Shown here in pieces: positions 32,539 through 44,842 of a DNA stretch of 64,000 bases. Positions within the stretch are counted from its first letter, which is position 1. Every line of letters starts with the position of its first letter. The DNA is from Cyanophora paradoxa CCMP329. Taxonomy: Eukaryota > Plantae > Glaucophyta. Made by a program: the position numbers and the translations under genes. The notes under the pieces were generated by a model. It was not told where the DNA came from. It searched no databases and saw only the letters and a list, made by a program, of their open reading frames with translations. The stretch lies in contig QPMI01000005.1 in assembly GCA_004431415.1 (NCBI GenBank), positions 248,001 to 312,000 of the forward strand, in the 5' to 3' direction.

Positions 32539-32785
32539 CCGTGTTACACTTAATTAATGCGCCAGAAATTAATGCGTTTTTGGACCCGGACCCCTAGTAT
32601 GGATATTAATGCGGTACCGAATTAATGCGTTTTGAAGCCTTTTGACTGCTGTGAGGGGGTACATAAAGCAGTTTCTTAGCGTTGCGATATTAATGCGGTC
32701 CCAAATTAATGCGTTTTGCCAGCGGAAAACGCATTAATTTGGGACCGCATTACTTAAGTGCGCGCATTACTTAAGTGTTACACGG
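32539..32785. mobile_element. MITE, TA-flanked, 24-bp TIRs
   Basis: TA|CCGTGTTACACTTAATTAATGCGC ... GCGCATTACTTAAGTGTTACACGG|TA (22/24 match); internal ATTAATGCG repeats and GGACCCGGACCCC. Confidence 0.85.
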
Positions 32786-32985
32786 TAGAGGCTCGCCGGC
32801 AAGCCTTGAAGCGGCGGCGCCGGCGGCCGGCAAGACTGGGCAAGTTACGCCGGCAACTCGGCGGCAACTTGCCGGCAAGTCGCCGCTGCCTCGGCCCTTA
32901 TCCCGGATCGGATTCCCGGTCCGGATTCCCGGCCCGGATCCGGATCGAGGCCCCGATTCGAGGGCCGGAGCGCGCGGCGGATCCG

Positions 32986-33272
32986 GAGCCGTCCTCGACG
33001 CCTCGTTCAGCACGTCGAACTTCGGAACTTACGGTCGAACATCTCCTCAGGGCCTGCTCCTCGCCGAGCTGCGAGTGGCCCGAGTCCTCGCGATCGGCCC
33101 GCTGCGCTGCCTGCGCATGCGAGCGCCGCGCGTCGCGAAATCGATCGGCCGCGGCCTATCGACCCGGCCCGTCAATTGCAACCGGGAGCGCCACGTGCAC
33201 GTGCACGCGCGTCGCCTCCGCCGAGTCGCCGCACCTTGCTGTGGGCAAGCGCCTCATCGTGGGACGCCATCG
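32986..33272 (-). pseudogene. Degenerate copy of Nudix gene 5' end expanded by many micro-insertions
   Basis: Colinear with 31927-32074 once about ten short insertions are removed. Confidence 0.8.
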
Positions 33273-33581
33273 CCTCCTGAGTCCTGCCTGCTCCCAGGAC
33301 TCGCCGGCCGCGCGCAGGGGTCCCGATCGCGAACTTTGGAAGCCCAACAGTCCGATCTATAGCCTAGTAGCCTTGTACTTCGGTAATAGCTACGTACGAT
33401 ATCGATGAGGTGCGCATCATGCATATGATCATGATCATGCGCGCATGCGGTACAAAAATTTCACCGAGACTCGCCGAGTCAGAGAGATGCATATGCATAT
33501 ATATACGCGATATGCATGGTGTATCATAGCACGTATATATGTACCGTAGTACGTATACGGTACATGTTCTTGATCACACGC

Positions 33582-36500
33582 ATGCGCAGCTCCTCCGGCG
33601 GCCCAGCTGTGTCAAATCTGGCTGTGGGAAAACCAGTGACCAGTTCTTCGTTTTTTAGAGAAGTCCAGTTTTTCAGTGCGCAATATATATAGCAACTTGC
33701 CAGGTTTCGAATTCAGCTGCATATGTAATATATATGTTCACCTACTTGGCGCAGACTACGACGACTGTCTGCTCCGTTCATACTACAACGCGGCGGAATT
33801 CGTAGTAGGTAATCATGTGATATCCCTTATGATAATCATATGATGCTCCCGCCTCTTCCGTCACAGATGGAATCATCGAGCCAGTGCTTGAACTCACAAA
33901 GCCTATTATGCGCGGAATGTGTACTCTGCAAAATTACAAGGACGGTTTCGTGAGCTGCTACAAAGGCATGTACCCAGTGGTGCAAGCTGGTCTTTTATTC
34001 TCGCGACAGGGCGTTTACGGATGATAATCGATGAACGGACAGGCGACACTGGCGGGCAGCGCCGATGCTACGGACACAAGCCCGCAACTTTCGGTCAACC
34101 TGCAGGCGAGCTTTTTGTGTTTTGATGATTATGTAGCACCGGCTGCATTTGCAAAATTGCATACGCACGTAAAGCTGCAGTTATTCTCGTGCAGCCTCTA
34201 GACATGTCCAGCAGCATCATGGCATTGCGCACGCACTGCGGCAGGCTATCTAGCTAGCTTGGAGAGTACATATGAATCGCGATGCTCAGACGCTTTTCGC
34301 TAATCGAAATATTAATTACGCTCGATTCCACTCTCAGAAAGACAATGTAATAAACAGCATTGCTGTTGTATCTCAAGTGCGTCATCTCTGGTTCTTGTAC
34401 ATGTGTTCCTAGCGCTGTATGTACTTCTGTATACGGCTGACCTATTAATCCGTCGTCAGGCCAAACCCCTCTGTGTCCAATCCGCCATGTCCGGCGATAT
34501 TCCTCCCTGGATGGACGTTGGCACTCAGTTCCAGGTTCCTTACACTGACGATTGGGGCTTCGCGACCTCGAATTCATGGGACTCTTCTCTGTTTCCCATG
34601 AAGAAGTTTTTCTTCGAGGTTCTCGATGACGGCGAAACGGTTAGTGTCCGGGAATTAAATCTCCTCCTATAGTCCGACTTTGTTCGAAATTGTGTTTTCA
34701 CGATTTTGAAACCATCGATATCCAAGGTCTACAAATCGGAGCTCATTGAAAGGCCTACCAACTTCACGAAGTTGAGCGGCTTGGATCACGTATACTACCA
34801 ATTCAAGCATGACCTGCCAGCACATATTAAAGGTGCGCGTGAAATTAAAGCTTAAGATTGAGATCTAGATGGCCGATGAATCTAGATTTGACGAGCGTGC
34901 ACGCAGGGGATTCTGTCAAAATGACTACAGTGGGTTCGCATTTGCAACTTCTACATTTAATTTTAAGAGCTCATCTTTCAATCATGGACCTCAGGAGGAC
35001 CAATCATGCTTTCGGAGCTGATGGTGAACGGTGCGCTTGTCGGATTTAAACCTCGCCCCACGAGGACGTGGCAACCTAGAACATAAACGTATACACACAT
35101 TTTCCACTCATTAATATGGCAGGATACGACGGCAACATTGCACTGAACAAGCCCGTGACATCGTCGTCTTGCAGTGCGGATTTAATATTCAATCGCCTCA
35201 TCATCACAACGATCGTGCGCGCGCGTGCACACGCAGAGGATCCGCTTGCGAACAGTCCTAGCTTTGCAACTGGTGCAATGAACTTTTGTGTAAATGAGCT
35301 CTTATCTGATTTTATGTTTATTAATGTAAATGAGCGCAGACGGGCTGGGCCGTGATGGCTTGACCTCCGTTTTTGAGGCCAACGAGCTGGAAGAGGCAGG
35401 AAAAAGCTCGACACTTGCCATCGACCTGCAGGCACACTCTTCGCTTTCCATTTGTCCCCCCCTTCAATGCTAAACTAACATATTGCTTCAAAATTTAGAA
35501 AGACTTCTTCATTTCTGAAGTGGATTTATATACGGTGAGATTCCATTGCATGACAGATATATGCAGAACTTATCCTGACAGGATTCGCACGTATAGCGGA
35601 CGGACATCTTTTCCCGCCTGAAGAACTTTACTATTTCTGTAGTCGATGACGGAAAAGTAGTGCGTAAACAAGCTAGCGCTTGTCCGCGATTTAACATCTG
35701 GATTAAACGAAATCGAAACTGATCATGATACGTAAGGTCTATACCAACCCGGGAGGCCCCATCACAATTCCGCCGCCCAATAGCAACAACCCGAATCCGA
35801 ATGTGTACAAGCATGTTGTGAGAGATGCTGGCAACTATCTGGTGAAAGGTGCGCCTTAACAGGTCGGATTTAATCGATTGCGAGTTGACCAGATCGTTTA
35901 TTTTAGGTGACAAGATCCAGATCGAGGTCCCAGCCGACTCGGACATCCAAAGTAAATATTCTTTTCAACATCTACTCACTGCGTATGCATATTGCAACTG
36001 ATCAAGAGTCCGGTAACGGATAACAATTAAAGCACATCTGGAGCTGGCAGAAATCGAGGTTTTTGGACGCGGTCTGTGTAATTATCCAGCTTCCGTGCTT
36101 CGAATTCCGTTTCCAATACTTGTATGAATCGCGCAGAAACCCTACACGTAAATGTTGCCAAGGGAAAGCCAGCAACAGCAAGCTCCGCGTGTGCGCGAAC
36201 TCGCCCCCTCCCCTCCCTCCCCCTCCCCCCCCCTCCCCCCCCCACCCACATGCACATTTCGTCTGATGGCAAATTCGCGTACCGAACAATTGCTTGATTC
36301 TGCCAGCCGGTCCGACGCCACCAAAGCTGTCGGTGAGTACCACCAGTAGACCTTCAAATTCGATGATCTAGTAGGCCGAGCTGAACTCTGATCATGGTGC
36401 CCCGCGCGCACCTTCCGATCCTTGCTCGCGATCGAAGATGGGGCCGGCCACCATGGAAAGTACTACGGAGAGAACGGCTCGACATATAACACGTACCACA

Positions 36501-37126
36501 GCGTCGTCGGCGACAAGCAGCCATGGGTGGAAGTGAACCTGCAGGTACGCACACGTAATTGTAATGCGCCATGAATGAAGTTTTGTTTGGAAGCTTAAGC
36601 TTAAATTAAAGGAGGACTGCATTGTACGCGAAATCCACGTCTACAACCGCACCGACTCCGATCATTGGAAGCGCCTGACCAACTTTGAGATCGAGATTTA
36701 CGATGACGGTGTGAAGGTGCGTCCATCACAATAAAAATTATCCGATCAGACTATTGCACTGACTAGTCTGTCTGTATTAATTAGTCTATTGTTTCGCTGG
36801 CTTGCCACCGATAGATCAATGTTGATGCCTCGATTCTGCGATGCAGGTCTGGCCGCCCGCTGGCTCAGCACTTATCAAACCAGTCGCCGAGGACTTCGAA
36901 GTAAATGGCACGTACAAGAACCTTCTCAAGGTCAAGCCTCCTACTGAGATCTCGGGCGACAAAGTCAAGATCATTATTCCAGGCGGAGGTTCGTTATTTG
37001 ATGTTAATTTGAGCTCCAATCGCAAAGCATTAATTCAAGCGTGAAGGGACGCTCAACTTCGGGGAGCTGGAGGTTATCGGTGCGAATCGAATTTTAACGA
37101 ACAGCCGGCGCGGCGTCAGCCGCTGA
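33582..37126 (+). CDS. Protein with three tandem F-type lectin / F5/8-like domains, multi-exon (boundaries approximate, possibly decayed)
   Basis: NLAVGKPVTSSS / NIALNKPVTSSS; YHSVVGDKQPWVEVNL..VREIHVYNRTDSDHWKRLTNFEIEIYDDG; parallel RLKNFTISVVDDG and MKKFFFEVLDDG; LELAEIEVFG, LNFGELEVIG. Confidence 0.65.
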
Positions 37127-37954
37127 GCCGCAGGCCTAGGTCTCGATCTCATTGTCTCTTAATTACGAATGCATTGCCTCGTGCAGGATATCCGTTGAGC
37201 GCTGCAAAGCAACTGGACAGCGAAGCTCAGGTGCAGGACGCAACCGCCGAGCTCGAGGTGACATTGATCATGATCATGAATTAATTCAATTACGACCATG
37301 CTTGTGAGCGCCGTGTCATGGCCGCGGCAGGATTTCGATGTTCTTGTCGATCCGGAGTCGGACTTTGCGAGTGATTTGGAGCGCGGCGACTTCGATGCGT
37401 GCGGAATCGATATGGAGCTCACCCCTGATGCGTAGGGTCCGTCGGACATCCTGCGCTCATGTACATATATATCGGTCGATGACCGTCGGACATAACGTGT
37501 CCGATGGTCACAAGAGTCACGAGACTCACGACTTGAGCTGTCTCGAGCTAGCGCTCGCGATCTACGTGTGTATCGTGTGAAAGATGCGATGTAAACTGAA
37601 TGCAATATTAATTTACGTCGATCCGGCCACGCAGCTCGGCCCCCCCCCCTCTCCCTTTCCGCCCCTCCCCGGCAGTCTTGCGAGGCCTAGGCTGACGAGT
37701 CCTTTCTTCCTTCTTCCCCCTTCCCCCTCCCCTCCCCCCCCCCCCCCCCCTCCCCCATCTTTCAGCGCCGGGAACCATCCCCGGGCCCTTCCCCCCCCTC
37801 CCCCCCCCCCTACTCCCCTAACCCCTCTCCCCATCCCCCCCACGGCTTCCGACGGCTATCGGCTATCGGCTGCAGGAATTCGAAAAAGGGCTGACGAAGA
37901 GCTGGGAGAAGAGGCGGGGACGGAAGGAGTGGAAGTTGCGCCGTGGCCGGTCAC

Positions 37955-40900
37955 TCACGAGAAGGATGGGGGCCCGCCCTTCCCCCCGCCGGCCCCGGCC
38001 CCGCCCCCGGGCGCGCCGGCGCCTGCGCTGGCGCCGGAAGGGGGGAACTGGAGGAGGTGCGAGAGGGCCTGCCTCTGCTCCAGTACCTCGGGGTCCGAGC
38101 CCCGCGTCTCCTCGTCCAGCTCCTGAAGCGAACGAAGCGAGGCGTACCCCCCTCAGCTGGGGGAGGGGGAGGAAAGCGAGGGGGGTACTGCGCACGGCGA
38201 AGAGGCGCTCGAACTCGAGGAAGTGCTGGCGGGCCTTGTCCTGCTCGCCGCTGTTGTAGAGCGTGATGGCGTAGTTCAGCTCGAAGAGGTGGTCGCTGCG
38301 CCCCCGCGCCCGCTTCGGTTAGACAGCGAAGGCGGGGGAAGCTGACGAAGCCGCTTAAATGCTTTCATGGCGCCGCTTTAGTTGCTTGGTGTACAATAGG
38401 TGGCCGTTGCGCTCGCGGGGCGGGGACGGGGCAGGGCTGGGCAGAGAGACGGCAGAGAGGCGGTCTGGTTCGCCGCGCGTCTTGAAGTTAAGCTAAGAAA
38501 AGCTAAGCTTAAGCTAAGCTAAGCTAAGCTCAAGCTAAGAAGTTAAGCTTAGCTTAAGCTAAGAAGTTAAGCTAGGCCGGCGCGGGTCCGGATCCGGGCA
38601 AGAGCGCAGAAAGTCGAATCGAAGGCCGGCCCCGCCCGGCTGGGCCCATGCCGCACCTCTCCATCTCGATGGCCTTCTCGTAGGCGGAGCAGGCGTTGTC
38701 GAAGTCGTCGAGGCGCGCCAGCGTGATCGCAAGGTACATGTACGACGAGGGGAAGTCCTGCGGCGGGGCAGGGGGAGTTTAGGGCGGGGCGGGGCGTTTG
38801 TGGAGGCTGGGCACATGTATTGAATGGGTTTATTAAAGCAACTTAAAGCTCTAGCTCTCTTACGTCCTGAGGAGCGGTTCGAAGCAGACAGGGCGGGGCG
38901 GGGCGGGGCGGGGCGGCGCAGGGGCGGGGCGGGACAAGACGGGTACCGGCTTGAGGTTGATCGAGGCCGAGAAGTAGTGGAAGGCGGAGGCGTACCTGGC
39001 GCGCCTCAGGTGAGCGGGCGCGAGGGAGGGGAGAGGGGGCGGGAGGGCGGGGCGTCGGAAGGGCGGGAGGGGGGCGGGCGGGGGAGGAGTAGGAGGGCGA
39101 GGAGCCGAGCAGGTCCTAGCGGAAGGGGGGAGGGAGCTCAGGTGAGCGGCGGACGGGGCGTCGGAAGTCGGAGGGCGGTGGGCCTCAGGTGAACGGGCGC
39201 GGCGTGGCGGGCCTCGGGTGAGCGGGGCGGGGCGGGGCTGGGCGGGGCGTCCGAAGGGCGGGCGGGAGGGGGTCGGGCGGGGGGAAGAGTGAAAGGGCGA
39301 GGGCTGAGCTGGTCCTGGCGGGCGCCTAGGAGCCCTGGCCGGGGCCCTAGGAAACGGGCGGGCGAGGAGGATCTAAGAGGGATCTAAGACGGCGCGGAAG
39401 GCGGAGGGCGCGGGGGGCGGGCCAGCGGGCCGGCGGGAGGGAGGGCAAGAGTAAGAGGGCGAGGAGGCTAAGCTAGGCGAGCAGAGGTAAGCCTAGCCCT
39501 GGCCGGGGCAGCGGGCGGGGCGGGCGGGGCACGGGAGGGGGGGGGAGGGGGGGGGAAGCTTCGCTAAGTGGATCATCCTCGAAGCGGGCGGGGCGAAAGC
39601 GGGCGGGGAGGGCGGGGGAAAATCGACTGGGAAATATGGGATAGGAGGGCTTGATATGGGAAAATCGACTACTTATCCCCTCCAAACTTAGAGGCGGGCG
39701 GGGGCGGGGGCGTGGCAGGCGCTCTGGCCAGTGTTGGGGTGTGAAGGCCTACAACCTAGAAGCGTGCGGGGCGGGGGCGGGGCGGGCGGGGGCGGGGGCG
39801 GGGCGGGCGCGGGCGCACTGGCCGGTGTTGAGGTGGACGAGGCCGAGGTTGTAGGAGATGATCCACTCGAAGGGATCCAGGTAGAGCGCCTTCTTCAGGC
39901 ACGCGATCGCCGCCACGTACCTGGCGAGCGCCCCAAGTCAGAGCGCCGTCGCGAGCCGAAGTGCGTCGCTACTAGGTGATACTGCTAGGAAAACGGAATT
40001 CGAAGCTGAAGCCCTCCAAGCTTAAGCTGATGGTAAACACGTTCTAGGAAGGCCGTTTGGAAGGATACGAAGAGCGTAGCGTTCCAAGAGGAGCGTTTGA
40101 AACCAAGGCCGCGGGCCGGAAGGCGCAGAGCCGAAGGGGGGAGGCGGCGAGCGACGAGGGACGCGCGCGGGGTACCCTGGCCCGGGCCCCGGCTCCGGTC
40201 GGACGCACCGCTAGCCCTTGAAGCTAGCTGATCCTAAGAACGTTCTAGGAAGCCCTATTAGAGGATACTGAGAACGTTCTAGGGCGCCCCGGCCCCGGCC
40301 CCCGGCTCCGACCGAGCGCACCGCTGCTTGCCGAAGAAGCACATGCCGATGTTGTTCCAGAGCTGGGCCGAGTTCGGCGTCTGCGCGGCGCGGCGGCGAA
40401 GCGGGGTTGGCGCGGTCGGGCGGGGCGGGCGACGAAGGCAGGCGGGCGCGGGGGCGGTTCGTGGGGTCAGACTGGGCGGGGGATCGCGCGGTCCATCGTA
40501 GGCAGGCAGGGGGGCGGGCGCGGGGGCGGCTCGTGGGGTGGGAGGGATGCTTTCGCTAGGCCGGCGCGGGTCCGGGCGGGGGGGCAGACAGCTGAATCTA
40601 AGGCAAGCAAGCAGGTGCAGGCTGAGTAGGCAGGAGGGACTAGCCAGCTAGTCCCTCGCAGCGGAGGCGCCTGTGCTTTCTAGATCGCATGCGATCTAGC
40701 CGGTGAGCTAGGAGCGCTTGGCGAGCTCTGGAATCACCCCCCCTCTAGCACGCTAAGCCAGCGAGCCATGCGATCTCGGGTCCGGGCGGGACGGAAGGCA
40801 GGCGCAGCGGATCCGGAGGCGCTAGTTCTAGTGAGCTTAGCCGCAAGAGCCTCCCCGCCCCCCGCGTATATCTGGGCGATCTTCCGTTCCCGTGCCGCTA

Positions 40901-42626
40901 GTGCCTCCCCCCTTCCCCCGCCCCCCCCCCCCCCCCCCCCCCCCCCCGCCCTTTGTTCGCACCTGGACGGCGGCGACGCGGTACTTGATGAGCGCCACGT
41001 CCATGTCCGAGTGGTCCTGCGGGAGGGAAGGGAGTACAGGCGCCGGCGTCAGGGGGGTACGGGATCGGGGGGCAGACGGGATCTCGCTCGGCTCGGGCGA
41101 GCTGCGTTTCGTTCGCACCTGGATGATGGAGCCGGCGGCGAGGATGGTCTTGGGGTTCTGCGAAGGAAGGGCGTCAGTCGGGCGGCGGCCGGCGGCGGCC
41201 GGCGGACGGCGGCGCAGCCAGCTGGCCAGCTAGTCTGCTAGCCAGCTAGCTCAGCTCGTCCAGAGGCCCGGCAATCAAGGCCGGAGCGGCGGGCGGCTCG
41301 TCGCGGGCCCGCCCCTATGCCGACCGAGACCGAGCCCGCCCCCACCACGTGTACCCCCCTGATGCGGCGGACCTTGGGGTCGTGCGTGAGGGAATTTCCG
41401 AGGAAATCGAAGGCCCTGTAGTTCTCCCCTGCACCCCGGCGTCGGAGGAGGGATGGGGTACAGGGGCGGGAGGTCGGCGGAGCGGTACCCAGGCGGAGGT
41501 AGAGCAGGCCGATGGTGGTCAGGATCTCGGGGTTCTCGGGGGAGAACCTGCGGAGGGGGGGTACGACCTCGGCGCCCGGGCCGGAGCTTGGAGGGGGGTA
41601 CGGCGCACTCGAGAGCCTCCAAGTAGACGTCGATGGCGGCCTTGTAGTTCTCCTGAAGCGTGTAGACCTGCGGGCGGGCGCGGCGGCTCAGCGGCGGCGC
41701 GGAGCCACGCAAACAGAGCCGGGAAGCAGTGCAGCGCGCGCCTTTCCGAGCTGCATGAACGTCGCGTCATGCCTTTGGATGCTGTTCGCCCTCCGGAACG
41801 ATTCGATCGCCTGCGCGGCGCATGAGCGAAGGAAGGAGCGTGCCTTCGCGCTGAGCGCTGAGCGCTGAAGCGCGAAGCGCACGGGCTCGTAGTTCTTCAG
41901 GTACATGTAGCAGAGGCCCTTGTTGTGCCAGATCTCCTGCGGGCCGCGCGTCAGCGGGCGGGTGGGCGGGCGGGCGGCGCGCGGCCGGGCGCCGCGCGGC
42001 GAGATGCGGGCCGCGTGGCGCCGGGCGCCGGGCGCTGGGCGCACCCAGTCGTCGATCCCTATTCGGAGCGCCTCATCATACACGTCGATGGCCGCCTTGT
42101 GCTTCCCCAGGAGGTAGCTGCGCGGCGCGGCTCGGCGGGGGCGACGCGGCGGGCGGCTCGCGGGGCCGGGAGGAGCGCGGCTCACAGAGAGCGGCCGACT
42201 TGCTTCAGGTTAGCCACGTTGTGCGGGTTCAGGCATGTCGCCGCCTGGAACAGCTGCAGGGACTCCTGAATCTCGCCTTTTTGCCGCTTGATGAAGGCTG
42301 AGCCGCTCCCGCGCGTGAGAGCGAGGCCCAGCGAACGCAAATGCCGAGGCCAGGCGCCGCGGGCCGCACCCTTTACGAAGATTGGGTACTCGGACATGCC
42401 ATTGCACCTGCGGCTGGCTTAGCTAAGCCCCGCCGCGAGTGCAATCGACGTGCGCACGCGGCAAGCTGCTCCTCGATCAGCTTGATGCATTCCCTGAAGT
42501 CCTGCGGGCCACGGTCGAGCGCGGCCCCGGCAACTTGAAAAAGCTACGGCGGCGGACCTGCCGTACGTATAGCAGATGTATCAGCCAGTTGTTCTTCTCT
42601 CTCAGGGGCGGCGTCGGCTTCTGCAT
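37955..42626 (-). CDS. BBS4: Bardet-Biedl syndrome 4 protein (BBSome TPR subunit), multi-exon
   Basis: Exons [114 protein letters not shown]. Confidence 0.95.
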
Positions 42627-42742
42627 CGCTGGCTGCGTCGCTCGCGAGCGTACCCCCCGCCAGTTCGTCCCCGGGGTTCGTGCAAATCGCCGGCTCGCTG
42701 TTCGCTAGTTCGGGGCCCAGCAGCCGCAGAGCAGCAGCACAG
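42627..42742. promoter_or_regulatory. Putative bidirectional promoter (116 bp between divergent start codons)
   Basis: BBS4 ATG at 42626 (-) and ATP sulfurylase ATG at 42743 (+). Confidence 0.55.
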
Positions 42743-44842
42743 ATGGCGTTCGTGGCTCCCATCGTGGCGGTCCGCGCGGCGGCCGTCGATATCTCCGCCC
42801 AGTCGGCGCGCACGTCGGAGCGCGCGGCGGCGGTTGCCTCGCCGATCGTGGCTGGCCGGTCTTTCCAGGCTATTCGCAAGGTCGACTTCCTGGCCGGCGG
42901 CGCGGCGCCCCGCCGCAGCTTCCGCGCTGCGCGCGTCGTTCGCGAGGTCCCGCTGGAGGTCTCCGCCTCCACCTCGATCGTGACCACCACGAAGCACACC
43001 GAGATCGTCGAGCTCCTCGTCCCGGAGTCGCAGCGCGCGGCGAAGAAGGCCGAGGCGGCGGGCCTCCCCAAGGTGGCCATCAACGAGGTTGATGTCCAGT
43101 GGGTGCACGTGCTGGCCGACGGCTGGGCGTCGCCGCTCAAGGGCTTCATGCGCGAGAAGGAGTACCTGCAGGCGCTGCACTTCAACTTCCTCCGCCTCGA
43201 GGACGGCTCCATCGTCAACCAGTCGCTTCCCATCGTGCTCCCCGTCTCCACCGCCGACAAGGAGCGCCTCGCGGGCGCCAAGGCGTTCACCATCACCGAC
43301 GAGAGCGGCAAGGACCTCGCCATCCTGCGCGACCCCGAGTTCTACGAGCACCGCAAGGAGGAGCGCGTCGCCCGCACCTTTGGCCTCACCGACGAGCGCC
43401 ACCCGTACGCGGAGAAGATCTACGCCGCGGGCGACTGGCTCGTCGGCGGCGAGCTCGAGGTCCTCGAGCCGATCGTCTACAACGACGGCCTCGACAAGTA
43501 CCGCCTCACCCCGAAGCAGGTGCACTCGCTCATCTTCTCTTTCTTCCTGCCTTCGCTTTGCGCGCGCTCTTAGCTAAAGCTTCTCCCGCAGCTCCGCGAG
43601 GAGTACAAGAAGCGCGGCGCCGACGCCGTCTACGCCTTCCAGGTACCCCTCCTTTCTCTCTTTCGTTCCTTTTCCTTCCTTTCCTTCGCTGACGGGCGCC
43701 GGCGCCCCGCGCGCAGCTCCGCAACCCCGTCCACAACGGCCACGCGCTCCTCATGACGGACACCCGCCAGCGCCTCCTGGACCAGGGCTTCAAGGTACCC
43801 GTCCCCTTCCCCCCGCCCTTCCCCCCCCCCCCACTCCCCGACACTTCGTTCGCAGAACCCCGTGCTCCTGCTGCACCCCCTCGGCGGCTGGACCAAGCCC
43901 GATGACGTCCCGCTCGACACCCGCATGAAGCAGCACGACGCCGTCCTCGCCGACAAGGTACCCCCCTCCTTCTCCCCCCCCTCTCATCTCTTCTTAATCG
44001 GCCCCGCAGGTGCTCGACCCCGAGACCACCATTGTGGCCATCTTCCCGAGCCCCATGGTCTACGCCGGCCCCACCGAGGCGCGTACCCCCCGTTTCTCCC
44101 CCTCCCTTTTGTAATCTTTTCTGAGAATCCCGTACCCCCGCAGGTCCAGTGGCACGCCAAGTCGCGCATGAACGCCGGCGCCGATTTCTACATCGTCGGC
44201 CGCGACCCCGCCGGCATGAAGGTCGGCGTACCCCCCGCCCCGCTTTCCTAACTCTCGTACCCTCTCTCACCCTCGTGCTTCCTTTCGCAGCACCCCGCCA
44301 CCGACGACGACATCTACAACGCCGACCACGGCAAGGCCGGTGCGCCTCCCGTACCCCCTCTCTCCCCCCTCAAAAAAATGCGAATCGAACTCGTACCCCC
44401 CGCAGTCCTCCAGATGGCCCCGGGCCTGGAGGGCCTCAACATCCTTCCCTTCCGCGTCGCGGCGTACAGCAAGTCCGAGGGCAAGGTACCCCCCTCGCAT
44501 CTTCGTACCCCCGTACCCCCTCCCTGACGCCGTACCCCCTCAGATGACCTTCTTCGACCCGAAGCGTGCGGACGACTTCCTGTTCATCTCCGGCTCGAAG
44601 GTGAACCTTTCCCTCTGCCGGGAGCGTTCCTCTGTGGCCGGGCCGCTGAGGCTTCGTTCGCAGATGCGCGCCTTCGCGCGCACTGGCGAGCAGCCCCCGA
44701 AGGGCTTCATGGGCGACAACGCGTGGCAGGTCCGTTCGAATTGACTGTACCCCTCTCGAAAATTCCGATTCGCGTACCCCCCGCTGATCTCTTCCCCCAG
44801 GTTCTGGTCGACTACTACAAGTCCCTCCAGGCCTCGTCGTAG
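42743..44842 (+). CDS. ATP sulfurylase (sulfate adenylyltransferase) with N-terminal plastid transit peptide, multi-exon
   Basis: [71 protein letters not shown]; Ala/Ser/Arg-rich leader starting MAFVAP. Confidence 0.95.

Noticed and set aside
42544-43525. Long minus-strand ORFs of 259 and 307 aa
   Set aside because: Antisense shadows of the strongly codon-biased ATP sulfurylase exon 1.
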